From Bdellovibrionales bacterium (lineage in GTDB: Bacteria; Bdellovibrionota; UBA1018), in the NCBI GenBank assembly GCA_016786465.1, contig JAEUWC010000029.1, positions 82,363-146,362 of the forward strand: 64,000 nt of DNA, given 5' to 3'. The notes beneath the pieces were generated by a model. That model was given only the letters and a program-made list of their open reading frames with translations, searched no databases and had not been told where the DNA came from. This document shows positions 38,001-46,773 of the stretch, piece by piece. Both the position numbers and the translations under genes were made by a program. Positions within the stretch are counted from its first letter, which is position 1. Each line of letters begins with the position of its first letter.

Positions 38001-38904
38001 TGCATGGAATACGGGTGTGGGTAATCAAGTTCTATTGAACAACACCACCGGTAGCGACAACGTCGCCGTGGGTAACTTGGCTCAACGCTTTAACAACGGC
38101 GCCGCAAGTAACACCGCCGTTGGCAGCATGGCCCTTTACGCGAACATCAGCGGGTCAGCGAACACGGCGATTGGTAAATCAGCGCTTCATAACCTAAATT
38201 CCTGGGTCGGCAACGTCGCGATCGGATTCGAAGCAGGTAAGTATTCCGCAGGGGACTACAATACCTTTCTAGGCTTCCAGACCGGTAACCAAACCGCCAA
38301 CATGACGGGATCTAGAAACACCTTAATTGGGCCCATCAACGGAACCAACCTGGGTGCGGGCAGCGACAACATCTTCTTGGGTTACAACACGGGGTTTTCG
38401 ACCATTGGTGGATCCGACAACGTTTATATCGGTAACGAAGCCGGCGTAAGCAACGGCGGGTCGGGCAACGTCTTCATCGGGAGAAATGCAGGAAAAACAA
38501 TGACCGGCGCCAGCAACACCTTGGTCATCGGAAACGAAAACTTCGGAATGACCCCGACCATCACGGGTGATCTTTCAAGCAAGAGAATTGGAATCAATCG
38601 GTCCATGGCCAACGCGACTTTGGATGTGGGCCCAGGGGGCTTTATCGTCAACCAAGTGCCTGGCGGATCGGTTAAGTCTTTTAGCCAACAGTTCATGTGT
38701 GAAGGAACTTCAGGAAACGTGACTCCGTTTACGATTTCTTGCGGACCTTCGACCGGAATGCACTACGTTTCGTGTTCTCCGCGAGGAAACAATACAGGCA
38801 CTTACTATGTCGTGGGTGCGCGAGCTTCCGGAGGCACCATTCAGATTTGGACCAGCGCGGCCCCAATGAGTGGCGACTTCTTCGCGTGCGTCGTTTATCA
38901 GTAA
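35080..38904 (+). CDS. Secreted chimeric fibre/adhesin with phage tail-fibre-like modules, YadA-head-like repeats and a small C-terminal tip domain
   Basis: 1274 aa. Signal peptide ...ISSALGAP. A perfect (ATN)6 tract. Tail-fibre-like motifs GTYTKITIDTKGRATAG, SEAASKQYVD and DGYLTGTDYNTF / AGLISKANYDTF. Many 14-residue NTAVG/NTAIG repeats. No membrane-anchor domain. Confidence 0.8.
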   Translation: MSIRLGSLFLWGFAGLVSISSALGAPVAGVFTYQGRLTDLSDVPVVGSQAMEFEIYNPAGTCLLYRETQTVTTDSNGVFAVSIGGGTRAAPDPGLPIASVYQNAGTNLGGCYTPGSGDIRNLRIVVNGTTLTNQVLGAVPQAQAATYADTAATATNATNATNATNATNATNATTATNLQGYVPTDFLGSGPGLVASANLAANSVGLTKLDNGICANGEVLKKVAGAWACAVDNSGSGGLTSFNEVGTTPLTIGGTLTDPTLTMTAASAGVDGYLTGTDYNTFAAKVSSVTAGDGTITMAGTGTAPTVRVAAGGITATQLASNIAISTTGNIATTGAGTISSAGTITSGGLLTASSGASVTGGLTVTSGGFTVAGSSSLNGNLTMAAGRMVTLTGATSGTATLTVPSIIAAPYTLTLPTDDGLVGQVLTTDGNGLLSWSTVAVGAGITSLGGQTDAVQGLSTLNDNTIAGPTWDYNSSTHRLKYPMASAVGVSAGLISKANYDTFNNAATTVGNATSNANPSTLMIRDATGRVQIADPISASEAASKQYVDTNLSTLGASKLGTALASAKIFVGNGGGIATEQILSGDATLNNSGALTLNNTGITSGTYTKITIDTKGRATAGTTLVEADIPTLTTAGKVDGAAITGTIGGAAVINTTGNISGNILTASGNINANSGIIDTSGVTLNIRTSGMQRMAVGNSTVTLSGLGITTSGSGDLKLSAGSTGRVVVEDVNGFRIANDPTNFTNLLPNAAGGGITWTLPNAQGSAGQFLQNDGAGNLSWATASGGGSSAGTLGTVQFSNGSGGFSGNTSLFWDNGMARLGLGTSTPTQSLHVSTGNILVSAGYVQANNINNGTGNILLGNLSKLAVGNSSGTTAGVNIGPLAGSSNTMNATTAVGYQAMSGNTTGDQNTAIGYQSMMNNTTASWNTAVGWNSLSSNTTGTSNTAVGNEALRNTTTSGNTAVGDMALRANSGGAWNTGVGNQVLLNNTTGSDNVAVGNLAQRFNNGAASNTAVGSMALYANISGSANTAIGKSALHNLNSWVGNVAIGFEAGKYSAGDYNTFLGFQTGNQTANMTGSRNTLIGPINGTNLGAGSDNIFLGYNTGFSTIGGSDNVYIGNEAGVSNGGSGNVFIGRNAGKTMTGASNTLVIGNENFGMTPTITGDLSSKRIGINRSMANATLDVGPGGFIVNQVPGGSVKSFSQQFMCEGTSGNVTPFTISCGPSTGMHYVSCSPRGNNTGTYYVVGARASGGTIQIWTSAAPMSGDFFACVVYQ
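35539..35592 (+). repeat. Perfect peptide repeat (Ala-Thr-Asn)x6 encoded by non-identical synonymous codons
   Basis: The codons read gcg act aac | gct acg aat | gcg acc aat | gcc acc aac | gca acc aac | gcc aca aat. Flanking imperfect units extend the tract to 35533-35610. Confidence 0.9.
37750..38540 (+). repeat. Coding tandem repeats of ~14 residues (NTAVGxxALxxNTTG, YadA/Hep_Hag head-like)
   Basis: Successive units include NTAIGYQSMMNNTTASW, NTAVGWNSLSSNTTGTS, NTAVGNEALRNTTTSG, NTAVGDMALRANSGGAW, NTGVGNQVLLNNTTGSD and NVAVGNLAQRFNNGAAS. Boundaries are approximate. Confidence 0.7.
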
Positions 38905-38912
38905 AGGCTTGG

Positions 38913-40421
38913 TTAACGGCTGAACTGAAAGCGGTCCACAAACCGCGACGTGGGTGCGCGGACTTCTGAAGTTTGAAACGAAACTTCAACGACGTAGTCA
39001 CCCGGCCCGGTCACCGAAGCGACTTCGATTTGCGTTCCCGCTGTGTTCTTTTGAAACCAACGGACCTTTAAGCCAGGTAGCTTCTGGGTTTCCACCCGAC
39101 TGACCCCCGTGGCATCGGTTTTAACCCCGTCGATCAAACGAACCTGATCTAGGAAATTCTTCCACATGTTTTCTTGATCGACTGCGCAGAAGTAATCCTT
39201 CAGCATGTCCCGCATCAAGCAGCCATCATGGGTTGGACGATAGGCCGAAGGCTTGACCGGTCCCGCATAAGTCGAATAGGCGCCTACGCCGGTTCCAAAA
39301 TCATAATTGCCTGGATAAGCGTAAAGAAGCGCAAACGCTAAAACGTTGTTTCCGTCATGAGCGTTTTCGCGAACTTCCATCGTATGTGGTCCCGGCGCCA
39401 AGGTTCGATCCAAGGCGACGACGTAAAATGAACGATCGTCAGTCGATACCCCAATCAATGGCATCGCCGTTCCGTCCACCAAGAACGAAACATCGCCCGG
39501 CGTTCCCCAACCCACACCGCTGACTTGTGCGCTAAGTCCATAAGCCCCGTGAACGGGATCAGCCGCTGGAAAATCAAAAGTTGCCAAAACGGATCCGCCC
39601 GACAGATTCTGCCAAACATAGTTTCCGCTTAAAAAAATAGATTCGTTGGTCCATTCAGGGGCCGATTTTTTTGCCGGATCGATCCAGTGTTTCCAAGCAG
39701 GTGCTGCGGGTTGATCCGTGGTGTTTGCGCCAAAGTATCCGCCGTTGTCGTATTCTTCGCCGACTTCACCAAAGTTATGTCCCAGTTCATGGCGAAGTAC
39801 GATCAGACCACTTTCAACCGAACGCGTCGTGATCGCGTAACGTCCACCCAAGCCTCCGTAAAATTCGTCGTTCGCCAAAACAATCGGATAGTCGGTCTTT
39901 GGGGCCAGTGTCAGAGCATCTTCAATCGCCTGTTCATTTTCGGGATAGATCGCACGCTTGCTTCCCGCGGGAAATCGAGTCAGCCCAAACGCCGTGTTCT
40001 TTTTCGTCAGATCCGTAATGCCTGATTCCGTAGACGGAACAAAAACGGCGTATACGTTAAACAAAGGCAGGTAACTTGAAAAAGTTCTTCCTTTAAAAAG
40101 CCCATCCGTGATGCGCGCGGCATCCTGGAAAAAACGTTCACGTTCAGATTCAGTGTATCCATCCCCCGTGATGGTCAAACAAATGCGATTTGCTTCTGGG
40201 CCTTGAACCAGAATCGGGCGAAATTCGGAACCTGGAACGATCACCGGGGGTGCCGTACGGATGGGCGCAGGCCAAGTTCGATCGTGTACACCCAGCTGCA
40301 TGGGCTTGGTCCAAATGGGCTGACTTCCTTCGATGATCCGATAAGGAAGCCTTTGGGATGGGGCGGCCTGAGCCCACGAAGCCAGACCCAAAACTGCGGC
40401 GACAATCACGACAAACGGCAT
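38913..40421 (-). CDS. Secreted M64-like (IgA-peptidase family) zinc metallopeptidase
   Basis: 502 aa. Signal peptide MPFVVIVAAVLGLASWAQA. Motif HELGHNFGEVGEEY (HExxH plus EEY). Confidence 0.6.
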   Translation of the reverse strand: MPFVVIVAAVLGLASWAQAAPSQRLPYRIIEGSQPIWTKPMQLGVHDRTWPAPIRTAPPVIVPGSEFRPILVQGPEANRICLTITGDGYTESERERFFQDAARITDGLFKGRTFSSYLPLFNVYAVFVPSTESGITDLTKKNTAFGLTRFPAGSKRAIYPENEQAIEDALTLAPKTDYPIVLANDEFYGGLGGRYAITTRSVESGLIVLRHELGHNFGEVGEEYDNGGYFGANTTDQPAAPAWKHWIDPAKKSAPEWTNESIFLSGNYVWQNLSGGSVLATFDFPAADPVHGAYGLSAQVSGVGWGTPGDVSFLVDGTAMPLIGVSTDDRSFYVVALDRTLAPGPHTMEVRENAHDGNNVLAFALLYAYPGNYDFGTGVGAYSTYAGPVKPSAYRPTHDGCLMRDMLKDYFCAVDQENMWKNFLDQVRLIDGVKTDATGVSRVETQKLPGLKVRWFQKNTAGTQIEVASVTGPGDYVVEVSFQTSEVRAPTSRFVDRFQFSR

Positions 40422-40452
40422 AGAACCCGACTATCGGAGCGTCCTTCAGTGG

Positions 40453-41913
40453 TCAAGTTCGCAATGCAAAGCGGCGAATGGCCCGTATTCCATCCGTTCT
40501 CATCAACGCGATATAGACGCCGCCGGCAACCAAAAAGCCGATGAACCAGGCGTAATGATAAAGTCCGATCAAAAACGACCAGGCCCCATCTTTGGACAAA
40601 AGTCCGATTTCAGCGAAGAAACCCGGAACATTGGGCAAGATCCCAATGACCAAAGCTGCAACCGCGTCCCAGTTCAATCCTTTTTGGTACCAGTACTGGC
40701 CGCTTGAACGATACAGATCCGAAAGATCCAACTTTTTCTGACGAATCATAAAGTAGTCGGCGATCATGATCCCTCCGACAGGCCCCAAAAGGCTGGAATA
40801 CGCGATCAACCACTTGAAGATGTATCCCTGCGGATCCGCGATCAGCTTCCACGGGAAAATCACGATTCCGATGAAGCCCGTGATGTAGCCGCCGATTCGG
40901 AAGCTGATTTTCTGAGGATTCAAATGCGCAAAGTCGTTTGCGGGGCTGACGATGTTGGCCGCGATGTTGGTTGCCAGCGTCGATAGCGCGATCGCAAGCA
41001 TCGCAAAAGTTACAAGCCCTTTGGACGAAAAGCTTCCGGCCAAAACCACCGGATCCCAAATCGTTTTTCCAAAGACAATCGATGTCGCGCTGGTGACTGC
41101 GACACCGACAAAAGCGAAAAAGGTCATCGAAGGCGGAAGTCCAATGGACTGACCCAGGATCTGTGCGCGCTGCGAACTGGCGTAGCGGGTAAAATCCGGG
41201 ATGTTCAACGACAAGGTCGCCCAGTATCCCACCATCCCCGTCAAAGCCGGGAAAAAATAGGCCCAGAATTCAGAACTGTTTTGAAACTTGGAAGGCTGAG
41301 CCAAAATCGGTCCTAGGCCCTGGCTTGCCGAAATCGCCCAGAACAAAAGTGCGGCTGCCGCAACCGGCAAGAAGATCGCCTTGAAAACCAGAAGCTTTCG
41401 AATGCTGTCGACGCCGTAATAAACGACCAACATATTCAGTGCCCAGAAAGCCAAGAAAGTGATCGCAGGCCCTGTTTCTAGTCCCCAAGAAGCCGGAAAG
41501 ATCACGGGGAGCGTTCCGAAGCCGGGGAACCAAACCTTGATCATTTGGAAAATGGAATAACCGCCGATCCAGGTTTGAATCCCAAACCAACCGCAAGCAA
41601 CAATGGCCCGAAGAATCGCTGGAATGTTTGCCCCGCGAATCCCGAAGCTTGCGCGCGCCAAAATCGGAAACGGAATCCCGTACTTCGCCCCGGCGTGTCC
41701 GTTCAAAACCATGGGTCCAAGAACGATCGTGTTGCCCAAGAAGATCGTCAAAATCGCTTGCCACCAATTCATTCCCCCTTCGATCAGGGAACTGGCCAAC
41801 ATGTAAGTCGGAATGCAAAGGCTCATGCTGATCCAAAGCGCTGCGAAATTCCACGTCGTCCACTTTCGGTTCTTTGCGCTTACGGCTGCTAGATCGTCGT
41901 TGGTTAAATTCAT
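40453..41913 (-). CDS. NCS1-family nucleobase:cation symporter (uracil/cytosine/allantoin/hydantoin permease type)
   Basis: 486 aa with about 12 TM segments. N-terminus ...NRKWTTWNFAALWISMSLCIPTYMLAS is typical of NCS1. A 4-nt overlap joins it to preA. Confidence 0.8.
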   Translation of the reverse strand: MNLTNDDLAAVSAKNRKWTTWNFAALWISMSLCIPTYMLASSLIEGGMNWWQAILTIFLGNTIVLGPMVLNGHAGAKYGIPFPILARASFGIRGANIPAILRAIVACGWFGIQTWIGGYSIFQMIKVWFPGFGTLPVIFPASWGLETGPAITFLAFWALNMLVVYYGVDSIRKLLVFKAIFLPVAAAALLFWAISASQGLGPILAQPSKFQNSSEFWAYFFPALTGMVGYWATLSLNIPDFTRYASSQRAQILGQSIGLPPSMTFFAFVGVAVTSATSIVFGKTIWDPVVLAGSFSSKGLVTFAMLAIALSTLATNIAANIVSPANDFAHLNPQKISFRIGGYITGFIGIVIFPWKLIADPQGYIFKWLIAYSSLLGPVGGIMIADYFMIRQKKLDLSDLYRSSGQYWYQKGLNWDAVAALVIGILPNVPGFFAEIGLLSKDGAWSFLIGLYHYAWFIGFLVAGGVYIALMRTDGIRAIRRFALRT

Positions 41914-43184
41914 TTTGCGACCATTGGGTTATTGGGGTGTTTGGTCCAAGGCAGATACGGCTTGTTGTGCTTTTGCGGAACCATTTCGATGCAGTGAACC
42001 GGACAAACCAATGCGCAAAGGTTGCAACCCACGCATTCCTTGTCGATGACTTCGTACTTGGCCTTTTCGCCTTTGGCAGTTGCCTTCAAATGCGAAATCG
42101 CCTGGTGCGAAGTGTCTTCGCACGCGATGTAACAAAGTCCGCAGCTGATGCAGTCGTCTTGGCGAATCTTGGCAATCGTCTGGAAATTCAGATCCAGTTC
42201 GTTCCAATTTTTCACGTTCGGAACGGCCTTGCCCATGAAGTCTGAAAGCTTGCGATACCCCTTACTGTCCATCCAATTGGACAGGCCATCGGTCATGTCT
42301 TCGACGATCTTAAAACCATAATGCATGGCCGCCGTGCAAACTTGAACAGAACCGCAACCTAAGCTGATGAATTCAGCGGCGTCGCGCCAATTACCAATGC
42401 CCCCGATTCCTGAAATCGGAAGTCCGTGGGTTGCCGGATCGCGGGCGATTTCAGCAACCATGTTCAAGGCGATGGGTTTCACAGCCGGGCCGCAATAGCC
42501 GCCGTGGGTTCCCTTGCCTCCGACCACTGGGGTTGGGGACATTTGATCTAGGTCGATCGAAACGATCGAATTGATCGTGTTGATCAAAGACACACCGTCA
42601 GCGCCGCCGTTTTTAGCAGCACGCGCAGGCATGCGAACATCCGTGATGTTTGGGGTCAGCTTCACCAGAACTGGCATTCTGGTGTTCGCCTTGCACCAGC
42701 GCGTGACCATTTCGACGTACTCGGGAACTTGGCCCACGGCCGCGCCCATTCCGCGTTCGCTCATCCCGTGCGGACAACCGAAATTCAGTTCGATTCCGTC
42801 TGCACCGGTCTGTTCGACTTTCTTTAAAATCCTTTTCCAGCTTTCTTCTTCGCAAGGAACCATCAAGGAAACGATCAGTGCTCGGTCTGGCCACTTGCGC
42901 TTCACTTCCGTGATTTCTCGAAGATTCACATCCAGCGGACGATCCGTGATCAGTTCGATGTTGTTTAAGCCCATCAGGCGTTGCCCCGGAAGGTCCGTGC
43001 CGCCGTAACGTGAACTGACGTTCACGACATGCGGATCTTCACCCAAGGTTTTCCAAACCACCCCACCCCAGCCTGCTTTGAAAGCGCGTTCAACGTTGTA
43101 CTGCTTGTCGGTGGGTGGCGCAGATGCCAACCAAAAGGGATTGGGCGACTTAATTCCAGCAATGACAGAAGTTAAATCAGCCAC
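41910..43184 (-). CDS. preA: NAD-dependent dihydropyrimidine dehydrogenase subunit PreA (DHOD-like domain plus two 4Fe-4S)
   Basis: The GTG at 43184 follows SD AAGGGGG. The track TTG at 43208 is an alternative start. Contains IKSPNPFWLASAPP and C-terminal CISCGLCYIAC / CVGCNLCALVCP. Confidence 0.85.
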   Translation of the reverse strand: MADLTSVIAGIKSPNPFWLASAPPTDKQYNVERAFKAGWGGVVWKTLGEDPHVVNVSSRYGGTDLPGQRLMGLNNIELITDRPLDVNLREITEVKRKWPDRALIVSLMVPCEEESWKRILKKVEQTGADGIELNFGCPHGMSERGMGAAVGQVPEYVEMVTRWCKANTRMPVLVKLTPNITDVRMPARAAKNGGADGVSLINTINSIVSIDLDQMSPTPVVGGKGTHGGYCGPAVKPIALNMVAEIARDPATHGLPISGIGGIGNWRDAAEFISLGCGSVQVCTAAMHYGFKIVEDMTDGLSNWMDSKGYRKLSDFMGKAVPNVKNWNELDLNFQTIAKIRQDDCISCGLCYIACEDTSHQAISHLKATAKGEKAKYEVIDKECVGCNLCALVCPVHCIEMVPQKHNKPYLPWTKHPNNPMVAK

Positions 43185-44565
43185 GTTTGCCCCCTTGCGA
43201 TTTTGCAAGTTTTTGGTCGATGGCCATCGCGGCCAATTTTCCCTGCTGAACGGCCGTAACCGTCAGATCTTCACCCGGACCGACACAGTCGCCACCGGCA
43301 AAAATTCCCGCCATCTTCGTTTCAAACTGATCGTTCACGACGATTTTTCCGCCATCGACGTCCAATCCCGAAAATTCAAGTTTCTGTCCAATGGCCTTAA
43401 AGACCTGATCGGCTTTCAATGAAAAGAATTCGCCGATGCCCGAAAGCTTTCCGCCTGAAATCGCAGTGTATTCAAACTGAACTTCAGTGACGCCTTTGGA
43501 ATCGCCTAGGATTCTCGACGGCTTTGCCCAGGTCTTCAGCACAACGCCGTTTTTCTGGGCCAGTTCCTGTTCATGATGGGTCGCGCTCATGTCTTCCTGA
43601 CCGCGGCGATAAACCAAGGTCACGAATTCCGCACCTAGGCGCTTGATCTGAATGGCGATATCCACGGCCGTATTGCCGCCGCCAATCACAACGACGTTGC
43701 GCCCCACGGGGACCTTGGCTAGCGCACTGCCGCTTGGGTCTTTCGCTTGTGCTTGGCGAATTTCAGAAATCTTTGCCACGGCATCGATCACGCCCGGAAG
43801 ATCTTCGCCTTCGATTCCCAGGCGATTGGTCGATCCTAGACCCAAACCCAAGAAAACGGCGTCATAGTCTTTTTTCAACCCATCCAACTGGATGTCTTGA
43901 CCCAAACGCTTTCCCGTTTTGACTTCGATTCCGCCAATGGACAAAATGAAATCCAATTCCTTTTGCGCAAAATCATCTGTCATTTTGTACGGCGCCAATC
44001 CGTATTCGTTCAGACCGCCTGCTTTTTCGCGGGCTTCATAAACAGTGACCGAATGTCCCAGCATCGCCAAGCGATGCGCACACGACATACCGGCAGGCCC
44101 CGCACCGACGACCGCGACTTTCTTTCCGGTCGACTTTGCGCGCGTGAAAGGTTTTTCACCGGTCTTCTTGTTCTTTCCTTCGGAATCCAGCTGCTTAAAG
44201 AATTCGTCGGTTGCAAAGCGCTGAAGCGAACCGATCTGAACGGGTTTCTTTTCAGCATGTTCGCGAACACAGGCTTCTTGGCAAAGCGTTTCCACGGGAC
44301 AAGCGCGGGAACAAGTTCCGCCCATGATGTTGGCCGACAGGATGTCTATCGCAGCGCCCTTAATATTGCCGTTATTGATCTTTCGGATGAAGCTAGGGAT
44401 GTCGATCTGGGTTGGGCACGCTTGAATGCACGGAGCATCGTAGCAGTAATAGCAGCGGCTGGATTCCACCTGCGCCTGCATTTCCGTCAGCGGCATCACG
44501 TGATCACAGAACACGTCTTTGTACTGGGGCGCTTTCAGGCGCCCCCCGGAGATACTGGGTTGCAT
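43177..44565 (-). CDS. preT: Dihydropyrimidine dehydrogenase subunit PreT (GltD-like FAD/NAD oxidoreductase)
   Basis: 462 aa. Contains CYYCYDAPCIQACP, VAVVGAGPAGMSCA and VIGGGNTAVD. Confidence 0.85.
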   Translation of the reverse strand: MQPSISGGRLKAPQYKDVFCDHVMPLTEMQAQVESSRCYYCYDAPCIQACPTQIDIPSFIRKINNGNIKGAAIDILSANIMGGTCSRACPVETLCQEACVREHAEKKPVQIGSLQRFATDEFFKQLDSEGKNKKTGEKPFTRAKSTGKKVAVVGAGPAGMSCAHRLAMLGHSVTVYEAREKAGGLNEYGLAPYKMTDDFAQKELDFILSIGGIEVKTGKRLGQDIQLDGLKKDYDAVFLGLGLGSTNRLGIEGEDLPGVIDAVAKISEIRQAQAKDPSGSALAKVPVGRNVVVIGGGNTAVDIAIQIKRLGAEFVTLVYRRGQEDMSATHHEQELAQKNGVVLKTWAKPSRILGDSKGVTEVQFEYTAISGGKLSGIGEFFSLKADQVFKAIGQKLEFSGLDVDGGKIVVNDQFETKMAGIFAGGDCVGPGEDLTVTAVQQGKLAAMAIDQKLAKSQGGKRG

Positions 44566-45890
44566 CAGTGACGTGCTCCCATTTCTTTTTCCAGATCCCG
44601 GAAAGATTCATCCATGACCTTCAGCATGAAGGCTACGTCTTCACGGTTGATCATCAATGGCGGAGCAATCCGAACCACGTTCCCCATCAAGCCGCCCTTG
44701 CCCAAAAGAAGTCCCTTGTCTTTGCAGATGTCCATAAAGCGAAGGCATTCTTCAACGGCGTGGGTCTTGGTTTTGTGGTCTTTCACCAATTCCATACCCA
44801 GTAGAAGCCCACGACCGCGAACGTCGCCGATCAAGGAATGGGTTTTCATCATTTCTTTCATTCCGTCCTTCAGAAGCTTGCCCATGGCCTTTGCGTTTTC
44901 GACCATCTTTTCTTCACGAATCACCTGGACGGTCATCGCTGCCTGCATCGTCTGGTAGGGATCGCCGCCAAAAGTGTTGAAGTACGCTTTGCCAGCCATC
45001 GTATCTGCGACTTCGGACTTCATGATCGCAGCGCCAATGGCCGCGCCATTTCCAAAGCCCTTGGCCATCGTGACGATATCGGCATCGATTCCCAGTTCCT
45101 TGGTCAGAAGGAAGTTTCCGCCGCAGCGTCCGGCGCCGGTTTGAACTTCGTCACTGATGTACTTGCCGCCGTAATTGTGAACGATCTTGGCCACGGCATC
45201 GAAGTATTCCTTAGGCGGATCAATGAATCCACCCACACCCATGACGGGTTCTGCGATGAAGCCTGCAATTTTTCCGTGGGTTGACGTTTGAATCGTCGTT
45301 TCAACGTTCTTTGCACATTCCAATGCGCAGCTGTCTGGCTTTTGACCAAAAGGACAGCGGTAGCAGTAAGGTTCCATGGCCGAAGTGACCGAAGCCACGG
45401 GCTGCGAACGAAAACGCCAAGAAGAATGCCCGCAGGCGGCTAACGTCCCAGAAGTTCCGCCATGGTAAGAATGACGAAGGTTCACGATCATCGTTTCACC
45501 CGTCGCCTGACGGGCTGCCATGAAAGCCAATTCGTTGGCTTCTGATCCGGAATTGGTGAAAGCCACGCGGTCGATCCCCTTTGGGGCTTCGTCCAAGATC
45601 GCTTCTGCCGCATCCATGATCTGATGGTTCAGATACAAAGTGCTGGTGTGCTGAATCATGTCGCGTTCCAGCAGCTCCTTCATTCCCTGTTTGATCTTGG
45701 GGTGATTGTGGCCTGCGGAAATGCAGACAATCCCGCCAATGGCGTCCAGGTACTTTTTCCCTTCATCATCCCAAATGAAAGCGCCTTGCGCCTTGACGGG
45801 ATGCAAGGGCTTCTTGTGATAAAGACCTGCGTTTGGAAGAAAGTGTTTCTTTCGAAATGCGATGATTTCGTCGTTCGTTCGTTTGCTCAT
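44565..45890 (-). CDS. Class-III aminotransferase (beta-alanine/omega-amino acid aminotransferase candidate)
   Basis: 441 aa. Contains DEVQTGAGRCG and TMAKGFGNG (PLP lysine). A 1-nt overlap joins it to the preT start. Confidence 0.75.
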   Translation of the reverse strand: MSKRTNDEIIAFRKKHFLPNAGLYHKKPLHPVKAQGAFIWDDEGKKYLDAIGGIVCISAGHNHPKIKQGMKELLERDMIQHTSTLYLNHQIMDAAEAILDEAPKGIDRVAFTNSGSEANELAFMAARQATGETMIVNLRHSYHGGTSGTLAACGHSSWRFRSQPVASVTSAMEPYCYRCPFGQKPDSCALECAKNVETTIQTSTHGKIAGFIAEPVMGVGGFIDPPKEYFDAVAKIVHNYGGKYISDEVQTGAGRCGGNFLLTKELGIDADIVTMAKGFGNGAAIGAAIMKSEVADTMAGKAYFNTFGGDPYQTMQAAMTVQVIREEKMVENAKAMGKLLKDGMKEMMKTHSLIGDVRGRGLLLGMELVKDHKTKTHAVEECLRFMDICKDKGLLLGKGGLMGNVVRIAPPLMINREDVAFMLKVMDESFRDLEKEMGARH

Positions 45891-45891
45891 T

Positions 45892-46758
45892 TTAGATTTC
45901 CGTCAAGGTGCTGTAGGTTTCCGGGCGGCGATCGCGATAGAACTGCCAGGTGTCACGGACTTCGCGAACTTCGTCTAGGTTCAAATCGGCCACCAAAAGT
46001 TCGTCTTTGTCCTTGGATGCCTGCGCCAGAATTTTTCCGCGAGGGCTGACAAAGTAAGAAGAACCGTAGAATTCTCCGATGTTCCAAGGGGCTTCCGTAC
46101 CGACACGATTGATCGCGCCGACGAAGTACCCGTTGGCCACGGCGTGCGCAGGCTGTTCGATTTCCCAAAGGTACTGCGAAAGTCCCGCAACCGTAGCTGA
46201 TGGATTGAAAACGATTTCGGCGCCGTTTAACCCCAAAGCGCGCGCGCCTTCTGGAAAGTGGCGATCGTAGCAAATATAGACGCCGATCTTGCCAGCCATG
46301 GTGTCAAACACGGGGTACCCGCCATTGCCGGGTTTGAAGAAAAACTTTTCCCAAAAACCTGCGACCTGCGGGATGTGCTGCTTGCGGTACTTGCCCAAGT
46401 ACTTTCCGTCAGCATCAATGACGGCTGCCGTGTTGTAATAAACGCCCGTCATGTGTTCTTCGTAAATCGGCACCACGATAACCATTCGGTGCTTTTTAGC
46501 CAGTTCGCACATCAGCTGAGTGGTTGGGCCTTCAGGGATTTTTTCCGCCAAGCCGTACCATTTCTTATCTTGCGAAGGGCAAAAGTAAGGGCCTGTGAAG
46601 ACTTCCTGAAAGCAAAGGACTTGAACGCCCATCTTTGCCGCTTTTTCGATGTAAGGAAGGTGGGCTTCGATCATTCCTTTGCGATGTTCTTCGCAAGGGC
46701 GATCGGCGCCGACTTTGTTGGACAACTGAATGATTCCTGCTTTGATGATCCTAGACAT
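45892..46758 (-). CDS. Beta-ureidopropionase / N-carbamoyl-beta-alanine amidohydrolase (CN-hydrolase superfamily)
   Basis: 288 aa. The Glu-Lys-Cys triad context is present (CFQEVF, ...YRKQHIP, ICYDRHFPE). Confidence 0.75.
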   Translation of the reverse strand: MSRIIKAGIIQLSNKVGADRPCEEHRKGMIEAHLPYIEKAAKMGVQVLCFQEVFTGPYFCPSQDKKWYGLAEKIPEGPTTQLMCELAKKHRMVIVVPIYEEHMTGVYYNTAAVIDADGKYLGKYRKQHIPQVAGFWEKFFFKPGNGGYPVFDTMAGKIGVYICYDRHFPEGARALGLNGAEIVFNPSATVAGLSQYLWEIEQPAHAVANGYFVGAINRVGTEAPWNIGEFYGSSYFVSPRGKILAQASKDKDELLVADLNLDEVREVRDTWQFYRDRRPETYSTLTEI

Positions 46759-46773
46759 ACTGAATTCCCTTTC

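Noticed and set aside
38600-38912. Possibility that the fibre tip is diversified by a diversity-generating retroelement
   Set aside because: There is no reverse transcriptase gene in the window. I saw no template-repeat copy of the 3' end of the gene nearby, and only 8 nt separate it from the convergent gene.
40422-40452. CCGATAG on the minus strand 11 nt upstream of the M64-like peptidase start
   Set aside because: There is no TAAA-type -35 at the required spacing, and the element is too close to the ATG. It is probably chance.
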